From contig NW_024704743.1 of assembly GCF_018977255.1 (NCBI RefSeq), forward strand, positions 114,392,001-114,456,000: a DNA stretch of 64,000 nt. Reading direction: 5' to 3'. How positions within the stretch are numbered: the first letter of the stretch is position 1; the number at the start of each line of letters is the position of its first letter. Position numbers and translations under genes: made by a program. Of the stretch, positions 62,983-64,000 are shown piece by piece. The notes below the pieces were generated by a model that was not told where the DNA came from, searched no databases, and was given only the letters and a program-made list of their open reading frames with translations. Source of the stretch: Callorhinchus milii. Taxonomy: Eukaryota.

Positions 62983-64000
62983 CTGCAAAACAAATAAAAA
63001 AAAACATACTCCCAGTCTACGTGAAGCCTGAGTGATGCTTGTTATTCGGCAGATTCTCTTCACAAAACGTTTCTTCTCAATAGCACAAATTTACAATGCA
63101 AAATCTGTTCTGTTTCAGATTTACACCAGATAACTTCAAGAAGAATAGAAGATGCTAAATGTAAGAGAGAAAGTAGGACTATTTATTTACCCAGCTGACC
63201 AAAAAGGAATTTCACATGATTACATTTATGAATGAACAATGGGAGGACACAACCTTCTGTAGAAACCCCCCACTCTCATCCGTACCACCTGCCAGAGATA
63301 AAGACTCTGTCATTTAGTCTTTCATATGAGGTGTAATTTGTGGTATTTTTTAGTTCTGCACATAACTAACTTTAATTCCGTCATAACAACATATGGAAGC
63401 TGTTCTTCCACACAATTTATTTCCAGAGTGGATTTCCATGGATCCATATGAATTCTAATAGGATTCCGGAGAAGAAATCCCGTTAAGAAATCACGCAAAT
63501 TATACCCATGATTGTTGTACCTTTATTTTAGCTTTTCCACCATCTCAACTAATATAAGAGCAGCACAAAAATGCTGATGCAGAATCAAATTTGGAGGGAC
63601 CAGGCGAGAGGGGAAAAAAACATACCTTTTGTATAGTTGCTGTGTTTTAATTAGCCATAAATTTCACTTGGATATCACTTAACATGCATCCAAGACTGGC
63701 CACAGCACTGCACATACAAGCAGACCATTCTTGTACCAGTTTTTCGTGACGTGTAACTGTGTAATTGAGATGGAGAAGTTTTCCTAAGCATTTAGTGCTA
63801 ACTTTGTTGGATAAACTAAAAGTATTTAGTTTAACTTATTGATATAATTAAAATACTGTTTATGGAGAAACTCATCAATTGTTGCCAATTGAAGTAAATC
63901 CATTCAAGTAGCCCAATTTAATCTGTGACGTTTATGGTTAAGCCGTTAAAGAAGTTTTAAAAAAGCTTATGGGACAGTGAGAATTGCTAGGTCCAGACTA

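Noticed and set aside
1..64000. CRISPR array, rRNA, or a V(D)J/RSS immune-receptor cluster
   Set aside because: No regularly spaced repeat-spacer array, rRNA-like sequence, or Ig/TCR segments with heptamer-nonamer signals were seen.

Overview
Eukaryotic, AT-rich, repeat-dense vertebrate genomic DNA. It contains no prokaryotic operons or CRISPR arrays. The repeat content points to a cartilaginous fish, possibly a chimaera; this comes from my recollection of these families, not a search. The repeats are: young tRNA-Ala-headed SINEs with an L2-type tail, older Deu-domain SINEs, L2 and CR1 LINE fragments, and MITE-like palindromes. The window appears to lie inside a large minus-strand gene that I cannot name. 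Its best-supported coding exon is 40958-41430, which is Ser/Pro-rich and has an internal repeat that differs mainly at synonymous positions. Phase-compatible candidate exons lie at 44797-44917 and 1690-1780, and probable non-coding exons at 9294-9470 and 62813-62982. Most ORFs in the supplied track are retroelement debris or chance. The main second-look items are: (1) a candidate recursive splice site (AG|GTATGT) at 26297-26320; (2) a roughly 90-nt fold-back hairpin made from an L2 3' tail with a target-site duplication (TSD) at 29284-29387, a possible TE-derived small-RNA precursor; (3) a SINE/L2 partnership with a shared 3' stem-loop and evidence of loop swapping; (4) inverted TE pairs bracketing exons; (5) a perfect 34-bp inverted duplication at 625-658/1592-1625. 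Repeat boundaries were read by eye and are approximate.
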